The notes under the pieces are model-generated. The model did no database searches. It saw only the letters and a list, made by a program, of their open reading frames with translations, and was not told where the DNA came from. This document shows positions 1 to 10,000 of a stretch of DNA of 64,000 bases, one piece after another. The position numbers were made by a program, and so were the translations under genes. How positions within the stretch are numbered: the stretch's first letter is position 1; every line of letters begins with the position of its first letter. The stretch comes from an uncultured Bacteroidia bacterium (GTDB taxonomy: Bacteria; Bacteroidota; Bacteroidia; J057; CALDDN01). The stretch covers positions 2,520 to 66,519 of the forward strand of contig CALDDN010000003.1 in NCBI GenBank assembly GCA_937936615.1, written 5' to 3'.

Positions 1-1
1 C

Positions 2-883
2 TCCTACATCAACTACCTGAAGGACGTGGGCTACGGTACCTTCGCTTACGGCCACAGCGAACCGAGGCTCGCCCACTTCTGGGGTGGCATCCAGTACTTC
101 AGTTTCGGACGCTTCGAGGAAACCGACATTCTGGGCAACCGACTGGGCGATTTCTCCATCAGCACGCTCAATGTGGCTGCAGGGGCTGCCCGCAGTTTTG
201 GCCCGCTGACCCTGGGCATGAACCTCAAATACGTGCAGTCGGTCATCTACCGCCAGACCTCCTGGGGGCTGGCCACCGATTTCGGCGCGTACTGGAAGCC
301 CCGCGACTGGGGCCTCGAGGTGGGAGCGGTGGTACGCAACCTCGGGCTGGTGCTCGACCGCCTGCCGGGTCAGACACCCGACGAGGGCATGCCCTTTACC
401 GTCGATGTAGGCATCAGCCAGCAGCTGCCCAAGGCCCCCCTGCGCTTCACGCTGACGGCCGTGCAGCTCAACCGGCCCCGCATGATCTTCCCCGATCCCA
501 CAGCCCCCGTGCGATTCGACCTGGCCGGCAATCCCATCGACGACCGCCCCACCACGGGCCAGCAGATCATGCGCCACCTCGTGGCCGGTATGGAGATCGT
601 TCCCACGCGCAGCTTCAACGTCCGCTTCTCCTACAACCACCGCCGCCGCCAGGAGCTGCACCCCCCCGACATGGGCTTCAATTTCGACGGCCTCTCGCTG
701 GGCCTGGGGCTGCGCCTGGGCAGCGTCTGGCTCGACTACGCCTACGCGGGCTACCACGTGGCGGGAGGGCTGCACCATTTCCAGCTGACCATGCCCCTGG
801 CCCGCGTCGTCAAAAAACGGCTGCTGCCCCAACGAAACGTCGAGCGGCAACCCCGTGAGCTGCAGCCATTTGAAGCTAACTAA
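2..883 (+). CDS. PorQ/PorV-family-like T9SS-associated outer-membrane beta-barrel protein, 5'-truncated by window edge
   Basis: Frame 2 is open from nt 2 (SYINYLKDVGYG...), so the GTG at 26 in the ORF track is not the real start. Alternating beta-strand-like segments (GLATDFGAYWKP, GLEVGAVVRNLGL, LSLGLGLRLGSVWLDYAYAGY) fit a porin-like barrel. The PorQ family call is by recall only. Confidence 0.5.
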   Translation, partial: SYINYLKDVGYGTFAYGHSEPRLAHFWGGIQYFSFGRFEETDILGNRLGDFSISTLNVAAGAARSFGPLTLGMNLKYVQSVIYRQTSWGLATDFGAYWKPRDWGLEVGAVVRNLGLVLDRLPGQTPDEGMPFTVDVGISQQLPKAPLRFTLTAVQLNRPRMIFPDPTAPVRFDLAGNPIDDRPTTGQQIMRHLVAGMEIVPTRSFNVRFSYNHRRRQELHPPDMGFNFDGLSLGLGLRLGSVWLDYAYAGYHVAGGLHHFQLTMPLARVVKKRLLPQRNVERQPRELQPFEAN

Positions 884-981
884 AAAAAATTTGGATTGAA
901 ATCATTTTGAAATGTATCTTGCTTAACGTTTGGTTAATACTAGCTTGTCCGATCCTTAAGATTCCAAACCCTGTTTCTCCA

Positions 982-2487
982 ATGAAAGCTTTACGCTCGC
1001 TTGCTCTTGCCGGTCTCTGTCTGCTGGGGCTGCCTCAGCTGGGTATCGCCCAACCACCACCAAAAGACGTGGACATTGCCATCAGCCCCACGCCTCTGCT
1101 GCGTTACTACCGCATTCCCTCGACCGTTCAACTGGGTCTGGCCATTAGCAACAAAGGCCAGCAGACGGTCAATTCCTTCAAAATCTACGCCTCGGTCAAC
1201 GAGGGAGATACCGTCGAAACGCCAATCAGCATCAACGGTGGCATGCCGTATAATTCCCAGCTCCGCAACCTGATCCGCGTCAACGGTGTGCCCAACATCA
1301 TGGCCGAAGGTACCTATGCCCTCAAAGTCTGGATCGGCGACATCGTTACGGTCAACAACCCCACCCAGGGCGTCGACGACATGGAACCCCGCAACAGCAC
1401 CATCGAGTGGACGATGGTCGGGGTCGATGCCCGCAGCGCTTCGAACAAAAAAGTGCTCATCGAGGAGTTCACCGGAGCCTGGTGCCAGTGGTGCCCCAGC
1501 GGGTTCGATATCATCGAAAACATGCTCGAAAAGATGCCCGACAAGTTCGTGCCGGTCATGATCCACAACCGCGATGGCATGTCCTTCCCCGACGGCGACA
1601 CCTTCACCCAGCTGTCGGGCGTTACGAGCTTTCCCAGCGGGCAGGTCGACCGCATGACCTTTGGTGCCGGCTTATCCGCGGGCAATGTGTCCATCTTCGA
1701 GCCTTTTACCCGGCTCATGCTCGATGCCTACAATCCCGTCGAATTCAAGATGACCTCCAGCTACGAGGCCAGCACCCGCCGCGCCCAGATCAACCTCGAA
1801 GCCGAGTTCATGATCGACATCGCAGGCGACATCCGCTTCAACGCCTACGTTGTCGAGGACAAGCTTACTGGGTCAGGTCCGCTGTGGGATCAGAAGAACG
1901 CCCTGAGCGGCAACCCCGCTTACCGCGACAGCCGCTACTTCTCGAAGCCCCCAACGATTGTAGGCCACGAGCACAACCACGTGCTGCGCCAGTTTTTGGG
2001 GGGCATCCTGGGCGAGAAGGGCACCCTGACCGACTCCGTGGTGAAGAAGGGTACGAAGTACACCCACACCTTTACTTTTAACCTCGATACCCGTTTCAAA
2101 GCCGACAACGTCTACTTTGTAGGCTTCGTGGCCCGCAATTCGGACAAACTCCCCGAACGGGAGGTCTACAACTGCGACGGCTTCTACACTAAGGGTTGGA
2201 ACGTCTCGGTACCCGACCGCAAGAACCTGACGATTGGTGAGGTATCGGTTTTCCCTAACCCGGCCCGCCTCGAAACGAACGTCCAGTTCGAGCTGAAGAC
2301 AAGCCAGCCCGTAAGCATCCGCCTGATGGACATCATGGGCCGCGAAATCCGGAGCGAGGAGCTGGGTCAGCAGCCCGCCGGCACGGGCATGCACAGCCTC
2401 CAGATCGGCGACCTGACGCCGGGCCAGTACCTGGTGAGCATCACGGCCGGTGGCCACACGCACCTCGAAAAACTGATCGTCCAGTAA
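982..2487 (+). CDS. T9SS-secreted thioredoxin-fold protein (Omp28-related-like) with WCxxC motif
   Basis: The internal ATG at 982 gives a classical signal peptide (MKALRSLALAGLCLLGLPQLGIAQ); the track start at 907 is an upstream extension. LIEEFTGAWCQWCPSG is a thioredoxin-like CxxC. The C-terminus (VFPNPARLETNVQFEL...GQYLVSITAGG...KLIVQ) is a type-A T9SS sorting domain. Confidence 0.75.
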   Translation: MKALRSLALAGLCLLGLPQLGIAQPPPKDVDIAISPTPLLRYYRIPSTVQLGLAISNKGQQTVNSFKIYASVNEGDTVETPISINGGMPYNSQLRNLIRVNGVPNIMAEGTYALKVWIGDIVTVNNPTQGVDDMEPRNSTIEWTMVGVDARSASNKKVLIEEFTGAWCQWCPSGFDIIENMLEKMPDKFVPVMIHNRDGMSFPDGDTFTQLSGVTSFPSGQVDRMTFGAGLSAGNVSIFEPFTRLMLDAYNPVEFKMTSSYEASTRRAQINLEAEFMIDIAGDIRFNAYVVEDKLTGSGPLWDQKNALSGNPAYRDSRYFSKPPTIVGHEHNHVLRQFLGGILGEKGTLTDSVVKKGTKYTHTFTFNLDTRFKADNVYFVGFVARNSDKLPEREVYNCDGFYTKGWNVSVPDRKNLTIGEVSVFPNPARLETNVQFELKTSQPVSIRLMDIMGREIRSEELGQQPAGTGMHSLQIGDLTPGQYLVSITAGGHTHLEKLIVQ

Positions 2488-2516
2488 TCCGTCTGGGCTT
2501 CAACAAAGAGTCAGAA

Positions 2517-2547
2517 GCCGTCTCCCAGCGTGGGGGCGGCTTTTTTT
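2517..2547 (+). terminator. rho-independent terminator after the 982-2487 gene
   Basis: GCCGTCTCCCA (2517-2527), loop GCG, TGGGGGCGGC (2531-2540) with G-U wobbles, followed by T7 (2541-2547). Confidence 0.75.
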
Positions 2548-2700
2548 GATTTACGAAGGTTTGTTTGTTTGAAAAAATATTTTTTAAATAAGATTTTTTG
2601 TAAAATTTTAGTTTTATAATTGAATTAAATTATGAATTTAGCTTTGCTGGACGGGTTTATTTTGTTGGAAGAAACCAATTTTAAGCTGGAGGCCGTTGTT
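2548..2700. promoter_or_regulatory. extremely AT-rich intergenic tract upstream of the glycosyltransferase gene (probable promoter/UP-like region)
   Basis: Hand count for 2581-2640 is 5 G/C in 60 nt, versus about 60% or more in flanking genes. No convincing ORF. No clean TAnnTTTG box identified. Confidence 0.3.
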
Positions 2701-2728
2701 AGGGCTGAAATTTCACTAAGCTTGCAGG

Positions 2729-3889
2729 GTGCACATTGCCGTCAATACGCGCCTGCTGTTGTCGGGCCGGCTCGAGGGCATCGGTCGGGTGGCCCATGAG
2801 CTGTTGCAGCGGCTGCCCGGTCAGCTGCCGCAAGCCCGTTTCAGCTTTCTGTTCGACCGGCCCCACGACCGGCAGTTTATCTACAGTCCGGCGATTTCGG
2901 CGGTGGAGCTTTTCCCGCCGGCGCGGCATCCGTTTCTGTATCTGGCGTGGTTCGAGGGCCGCGTGGCGCAGTGGCTCAACCGCCAGCGGCCCGACGTGTT
3001 TTTCTCGCCCGATGCCTACTTGAGCCTGCGGGCCAGGGTGCCGCAGGTGCCGCTTTTCCACGATCTGGCTTTCGAGCACTTTCCGCACGACATCGACCGG
3101 CTGCACCGCTGGCACTACCGGACGTTTTTCCCGCGCTACGCCCACCAGGCTACGCGCATCCTGACCGTTTCGGAAGCCACGCGCCAGGACCTGATTTCGA
3201 CCTACGGAACACCGCCCGATCGGATCGTTGTAGCTCCCAATGCCTGTTCGAGTGTTTTCGGTCCCAGCTCATCCGAGGTGCAGGCTGCCTGCCGGGCGCG
3301 TTTCAGCGGGGGCCAGCCTTTTTTTCTGTCGGTTGGGGCCATCCAGCCGCGCAAGAATCTGACGCTGCTGCTGCGGGCCTTCGACCGCTTCAAGAGCGAG
3401 ACGGGCCACCCGGCCCGCCTGCTGCTGGTGGGCCGCAAGGCGTGGCGGTATGGGGAGGTGGAGCGGATCTATGCCGGCCTGACGCACCGGGCCGACGTGG
3501 AGTTCACGGGCTTTGTGAGCGATGCCGAGCTGAACGTGCTGTATGGCAGTTCGCTGGCACTGTGCTACGTGTCGCGTTACGAGGGCTTCGGGCTGCCGCT
3601 GCTCGAGGCGATGGAAGCCGAGACGGCGGTAGTGGCCTCCGACATTGCGGCCCTGCGTGAGGTGGGGGGCGATGCCGCCCGATACGTGGGCGTGGACGAT
3701 GTGTCGGGTCTGGCGTCGGTGCTGGCTCAGCTGGCGGTCGATGCGGGTCTGCGGGCCTCGCTCATCGAGCGGGGTCGGCAGCAGCGGCAGCGGTTCAGCT
3801 GGGAGGGGTCGGCGGCGGTGGTGGCGCGGGTGCTGGCCGAGGCGGCCGCGCGAGTTCGCAGGCGGGGCCAGCCTGGGCCGTCCGTTTGA
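2729..3889 (+). CDS. glycosyltransferase, GT4/GT1-type (GT-B fold)
   Basis: GTG start. N-terminus MHIAVNTRLLLSGRLEGIGRVAHELLQRL is typical of GT4 enzymes. C-terminal FVSDAELNVLYGSSLALCYVSRYEGFGLPLLEAMEAETAVVAS matches the E-x7-E glycosyl-transferase group 1 signature. Confidence 0.85.
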   Translation: MHIAVNTRLLLSGRLEGIGRVAHELLQRLPGQLPQARFSFLFDRPHDRQFIYSPAISAVELFPPARHPFLYLAWFEGRVAQWLNRQRPDVFFSPDAYLSLRARVPQVPLFHDLAFEHFPHDIDRLHRWHYRTFFPRYAHQATRILTVSEATRQDLISTYGTPPDRIVVAPNACSSVFGPSSSEVQAACRARFSGGQPFFLSVGAIQPRKNLTLLLRAFDRFKSETGHPARLLLVGRKAWRYGEVERIYAGLTHRADVEFTGFVSDAELNVLYGSSLALCYVSRYEGFGLPLLEAMEAETAVVASDIAALREVGGDAARYVGVDDVSGLASVLAQLAVDAGLRASLIERGRQQRQRFSWEGSAAVVARVLAEAAARVRRRGQPGPSV

Positions 3890-3996
3890 ATGCGGGAGCC
3901 GCATTGGGGCGTGTAAAAAGTTGATGCGGGCAGCCGCCGTGCTCACAGGCAGCAATTCAATCCGCCTGGGTGTATTATATATGCATTACCTTAATG

Positions 3997-4052
3997 TTAA
4001 GCAGAAAATTCAAAGCCTGCAATCCGACGGCTGCATGGCCTTTTCTGCTTAA
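3997..4052. repeat. 12-bp perfect inverted repeat (TTAAGCAGAAAA / TTTTCTGCTTAA) with 32-nt spacer, in the 5' leader of the giant CUB gene
   Basis: Arms at 3997-4008 and 4041-4052 are exact reverse complements. The spacer contains a second imperfect pair, GCCTGCA / TGCATGGC. There is no downstream T-run, so it is not a canonical terminator. Confidence 0.6.
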
Positions 4053-4098
4053 CTTGCCGTACAAGCCTATCGTTCGACACTTCATTGCTTTTTCATCT

Positions 4099-7000
4099 AT
4101 GATTCAATCGACACGCCAATCAATCGGCAGGGGGCTGTTGCTGTTTTTGCTCCTGCTCTGGGGGGGAGTGGTGCAGGCCCAATTGGCCACGTTCTACCCG
4201 CTGGAACTCCGTTCCGATCCCGACGCGGCCCTCGAACAGACGGTCGGCGGTGCCACGCAGCTGACCCTCGACCGCGCCGAGCTGCTGCGCCTCTACGAAG
4301 CCGATGCCGAAGACCTGCGCGTTACGCTGCCTCTGGCCGGTGGCGGCAAGTGGGCCTTGCACCTGACGAAAGCCCGCGTCCTGACGGATGACTTCCGCCT
4401 GACCGACCACACGGGCCGTGAACTGCCCTTTGAAGCTCCGCGCACCTACCGTGGCATCGTCCACGGGCGGCCTGGGTGCTGGGTGGCGGCGTCGTTCTCT
4501 CGGGCGGGCCTGATGGCCGTGATCGTAACGCCGGAAGGGGCCTTCAACCTGGGGCCGCAGGGGGCAGCCGGCGACACCAGCGGCCGCTACGTCCTCTTCA
4601 ACGAGCGGGAACTGAAGGTGGAACTGCCCCACCGCGAATGCCAGGTCGAAGAACCGCCGCAGGACCCGCACAAAGACTTCGACCCCGACCGCGTGATGAA
4701 TGGGGCTTATTGCTACGTCATTACGAAGCTTTTCATCTGCGATTTCCAGATGTATCTGGACTTCAACCGCTCGGTACAACGGGTGGCGGACTACGTTACG
4801 GGCATGTACAACGTGGTGGCGATGATCTACGACCGCGAGGAGATCATGACGCAAATTGCGCGGATTCAGGTGTATACGGCGGCGGATCCTTTTATTAATG
4901 TTGATAACGGTCGAGATATCCTCAATCGAGCAACAGACTTGAACTTACTCAGGGAATTTCCGAATATATCCTTGGCGCATTTCATTTCCGCACGACGCTC
5001 GCTTCAAGGCTGGGGGTATTACGATGTGCTTTGCAGTCGGCCGGCTGTGCGGCTTTCGGTGGGCTTTGTTGCACCCTTCTATTCTGAGCTTCCGGTCTAC
5101 AGCTGGCCGGTTCAATATACTTCCGTTTTATTGGGATTTAATCTGGGCAGCTGGGCAACCAACGACTGCCGATGGCCCAGTGGTCCGATCGATGGCTGTG
5201 CACCTGTTGAAGGCGGAAATTGCGCTCGTCCACCCATTCCAGAGCCGCCTTTTAAAGGTACCATCATGAGCCGATGCCAGATGCTGCCCGGCATCGGCGT
5301 TGACCTGAACCTGGGTTTGGGGCCGATTCCGGGTGAACGGGTACGCTCTCGTGTGTCACGGGCTTTTTGTGAGACCCAATACCTGTGCGATTGTTTTGCA
5401 CCCCGTGTTCCGACGGTAACGACCGATTCTTCCGGAACGCGGGCGCGAGTCGAATGGATTGGCTCGCCTCGGGCCGGGAGCTTTACATTGGATTATCGGA
5501 TTCGATTCTTTGGTACCTGGACATCAGTCGGAGAAATTACTGGATACACGTATGAGCTGGAAAACTTGCAGCCAGATACAGAGTATGAGCTGCGAATAAG
5601 GGCAAACTGTTTCCCTCCTAGTAGCCGCAATCCATCGAACTGGTCGCTGATTTACTTCACAACGCCCCGCCTCGCTGCATTTTGCGAACCGGTAGCTAGG
5701 CCTCAAGTATTCACCGATTTCGTTCAAGTGACGGACGGCAGCGGCCTGAGCGATTACCGCAACAACACCAATTGCCGGTTCGAGTACCGAACGGCATCAG
5801 GACGCCCGATCGATATCGTTTTTCTGGAGTTTCAAACTGAACGGAATTACGATTTCCTGCGCGTTTACGACGGTGTGCCCGGAAGCGGAGGTATCCAATT
5901 GGGCAGCTTCAGTGGCAGTGTGCTGCCGCAAAGCCTTAGGGCCAATTCTGGGGTGGTATATCTGGAATTTACCACGGACGGTAGCATTACCTATAGCGGC
6001 TGGCGACTGCTTCTCAAAGAAATTCCCGAAGAAAACACGACTTTTTGCCAGGGCATGCAGACCTTGACAGCTGAATTTGGAAGCTTTGACGACGGCAGCG
6101 GCCCCGATGATTACGCCAACGACAGCGATTGCCAATGGCTCATCCAGCCCCAAAATGCTCAACAAATCCGCATTCAGTTTACTGAATTTCAAACCGAAGC
6201 GCGATTCGATTTCGTGTCGGTTTACGACGGTCCGACTGTCGATGCGCCTTTGCTAGGTCGGTTCAGCGGGTTCGAATTGCCACCGGTTCTGCTTACCTCG
6301 GGTCCGTCTGCGTTGGTGGTTTTTACCAGTGATCCGTCTGTAACGGCTCCGGGCTGGCGTATCAGCTATCAGGGTATCACTCGGACTGGGCGCGTCTTCT
6401 GTCGTGGGCTGCAACGCCGAACTGCGCTAGCAGATACCGTTACCGACGGCAGTGGAGCGCAGCCTTATGCGCCCAATTCCAGCTGTCGCTGGCTCATTGA
6501 GCCGGAAGGAGCGGAAGCCATCGAAATCAACTTTACAGAATTCCATACCGAAGTCGATCAAGACTATGTCGCCATTTTTGCGGGGCCATCGATTGAATCT
6601 CCATTGGTCGGAATATTTTCAGGTCAACAGCTTCCCAGACCATTGGAAATTTTCTCTACATCGGTACTAATTGTTTTTCAAACCAACGAGCTGATTCAAG
6701 AGTCTGGCTGGAAGCTCAGCTATCGGGTTTTGGAGATCGTCGAAGAATCCTTCTGCCGCGGCACCCAGCTGCGCACCGCCCTCAACGATACCATTACCGA
6801 CGGCAGCGGCACCGCCAATTACGCCAACAACAGCGATTGCCGCTGGCTCATCCAGCCGCCCAACACCCAACGCATCGTGCTGGCGATCCAAAATCTAGAC
6901 ACGGAACGCGAACGCGACGAACTGCGCATCTACGACGGCTCCGACGATACGGCTCCGCTCTTGGGCACCTTCAGCGGCAGCGTCCGCAACCAGCAGCTCA

Positions 7001-10000
7001 TCGCCACGTCGGGTGCGGCCTTCGTTGTCTTCACCTCCGATGAGCAAAACACCGCCGCCGGCTGGCAACTCAGCTACAACGCCGAGGAGATTCCCGACCC
7101 GGTCTTCTGCCGCGGCGAGCAGACCCGCACCGCTCCGACCGATACCATCACCGACGGCAGCGGCCCGTTCGATTACGGCAACAACAGCGCGTGCAGCTGG
7201 CTCATCCAGCCCGACAGCGCGTCCAACATCCGCATCACCTTCGACTCGCTGCGCACCGAACTGGGCTTCGACTTCGTAACGATTCACGACGGCCCGACGG
7301 CGCAAGCTCCCGTACTGGGCCGCTTCAGCGGGTCGAACCTGCCCGCACCTCTTGTTACGTCGCAGGGTACGGCTCTGGTGGTATTCAATTCCGATTTCTC
7401 GATTACCGATGCTGGGTTTGGCCTGCGTTATGAGGCCCTATTCAACACCGAGCCGGTCTTCTGCCGCGGCCAGCAGACCCGCACCGCCACTGCCGACACC
7501 ATTACCGATGGCAGCGGCACCGAAAACTACGGCCCCAATTCCTTCTGCCAGTGGCTGGTTCAACCTGAGGGTGCCCGTAGCATCCTACTGACGTTCGAGG
7601 CTTTCGACACGGAACGCAACCGAGATTTCGTAACCTTCTACGCCGGTTTCGACATGGAAGCTCCCCTTGTGGGTCGCTTCAGTGGCAGCGAGCTGCCCCC
7701 TATGGTGGAGGTTACGGCACCGGTCGTACTGGTGGTTTTTACATCCGACGAGCAGAACCAAGGTACCGGCTGGCAGCTCCGCTACCGCGGGGTCAGTGCC
7801 GAGCAGACGCGCTTCTGCCACGGTCAGCAGACCGTAACGGCCCGAAGTGGCGAAATCGAAGATGGCAGCGGCGGACGCCTCTACGGCCCCAACAGCGACT
7901 GCCGCTGGCTGATCGCTCCGCCGAATGCACGCTCGCTGGAATTGACCTTCCTTCAATTTGACCTCGAGGAGCAGTTCGATAACGTTTGGGTCTACGACGG
8001 CCCGACGGAAAACGACCGCCTGTTGGGCCGCTTCAGTGGAACGCAGCTGCCGCCTGTGTTGCGAACGACTGGCGGTCAGGCCCTGATCGTCTTCCGAACC
8101 GACCGCACGGTGCAGGGCCAGGGCTGGCGGCTCCGCTACGAGGGCACCTTCCCGCCCGAACCGCGGCACTGCCTGCCCCTTGACGTGCGCACCGCTGCCA
8201 GCGATACGATCACCGACGGTAGCGGGGCCAGCAACTATTTCCCCAACGTCGCCTGCCGCTGGCTCATCGCACCTGAAGGTGCAGGTAACCTGACGATCGA
8301 TTTTCTGGCTTTTGATACCGAATCGAGAGCCGATTTTGTAACGGTGTATGCTGGCTCGAATATTCAGGCACCGGTCATCGGGCGGTTTTCGGGTCGCGAA
8401 CTGCCCCCGCGCATCGTTACAGGTACGGGTACGGCTTTGATTCAGTTTGAAAGCAATGCCGCGTTCGAGCGGTCGGGCTGGGCCTTGCGCTATCAGGCTG
8501 AATTTCCTGCCTGCCGCGGTACACAAGTACATACCGCTCGCACTGATACCATCTCCGACGGCAGTGGAGCCTTGCCCTACGGCCCTAACAGCGACTGCCG
8601 CTGGCGCATTCGCCCCGACGGTGCGCGTAACGTTGTGATTCAGTTCCTGGAGTTCGATACGCAGGCCGATACCGACTTCGTGAGCCTCTACGCTGGCCCC
8701 GATGAGCGGTCGCCGCTGCTGGGCCGCTTCAGCGGACAGACGCTGCCCGAGCGCCTCGACTCGCGCAGCAACGAGGTGCTGGTCGTCTTTCGTAGCGATG
8801 CCTTTGTGCATGGGGCAGGCTGGCAGCTGCGCTACACGGGCGAAATCCCGCAGTGCAGCGGCCTGAGCGTCCGCACGGCGGCGACCGATACGATCACCGA
8901 TGGCAGCGGCACGGCCCCTTACGGCCCGCTATCGGATTGCCAGTGGCGCATCGATGTGCCCGGGGCCGATTCGCTGATCCTGACTTTTGAACGCTTCGCG
9001 ACAGCCGGTGTGGCCGATGTGCTGATCATTTTCGACGGCCCCGATGCTACGGCTCGTGTGCTGGGCCGTTTTTCGGGTACCGATCTGCCGCCCAGGCTGG
9101 TAACGAGCACCGGCCGTGCTTTCATTGCCTTTGCTACCGACCGCACGGAACACGCCGACGGCTGGCAGCTGCGTTACGAGGCGGTGTTCCCGCCGGTATT
9201 CTGCGGGGGCATCCAGACGCGGACAGCACCGACCGACACCATCACCGACGGCAGCACGCCCAACCGGAACTACGGCCCCAACTCCGACTGCCAGTGGCTC
9301 ATCAAGGTTGCGGGGGCCGATTCGCTGCGCCTCCGCTTCGACCGTTTCGCTACCGCCGATTCGGCGGATGTGCTGACGGTCTTCGATGGAACGGATGCCG
9401 ATGCCCCGATTTTGGGCCGTTTCTGGGGGCAGAATCTGCCGCCTGCCCTGACGACTTCCAGCGGACAGGCCCGCCTGCATTTTGTGAGTGATGCCCTGGG
9501 TCAGGCTAGTGGCTGGCAGCTGCGCTACGAGGCGGTGTTCCCGCCGCCGCCGCCCGTTTTCTGCCGCGACCGCCAGGTGCGTACGGCAGCCCTGGATACG
9601 ATTTCGGATGGCAGCCCCGCCGAAGAGCTTTACGGCCCGAATTCCCGCTGCGAATGGCTCATTCGCCCGACCGAACCGGTCGAGACGCTGATCCTTTCGT
9701 TTGATCGCTTCGATACGGAGGCGGTTGCCGACCGGGTACGGGTTTATGCCGGTGAAGCGGCCACCCCGATAGCCCAGCTTTTTGAGCACAGTGGCGACCG
9801 GATTCCCGAACCGGTGGTGGTTCCGGGCGGGGTGGCCCTGGTAACCTTTTCCAGTAACGGCAGCGTGGAAGGCCGAGGCTGGCAGCTGCGTTATGGCCCC
9901 GGGCCGACGGTTCGTCAGTCTGATGGAGGACGGCAGCTTCAGTTTCAGCTGTACCCCAATCCGACTACGGGTCGGGTGGGTCTGCACTTCAGCCATGCTC

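Noticed and set aside
2632-2799. 55-codon ORF starting in the AT-rich island
   Set aside because: It runs out of frame into the well-supported glycosyltransferase gene. Its composition changes abruptly at the gene boundary, and it has no recognisable features.
3970-4098. Upstream extension of the CUB-protein ORF (track start 3970, MYYICITLMLSRKF...)
   Set aside because: The extension is AT-rich, contains the 3997-4052 hairpin element and lacks signal-peptide character. The ATG at 4099 gives a canonical signal peptide.
5680-9894. Regular ~350-nt (CUB) and ~275-nt (FN3, 58122-61700) periodicities considered as possible CRISPR or other non-coding arrays
   Set aside because: The periods are far too long, and the repeats are diverged and in-frame within single long ORFs. 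They correspond to protein domains. No short identical repeats with unique spacers occur anywhere in the window.
7585-9996. Long antisense ORFs inside the CUB array (7585-8811, 408 aa; 8929-9996, 355 aa; also 6895-7305)
   Set aside because: These are shadow ORFs opposite a strongly supported coding frame in GC-rich DNA. Their translations are R/A/G/P-rich with no motifs. They disappear where the sense gene's GC drops.
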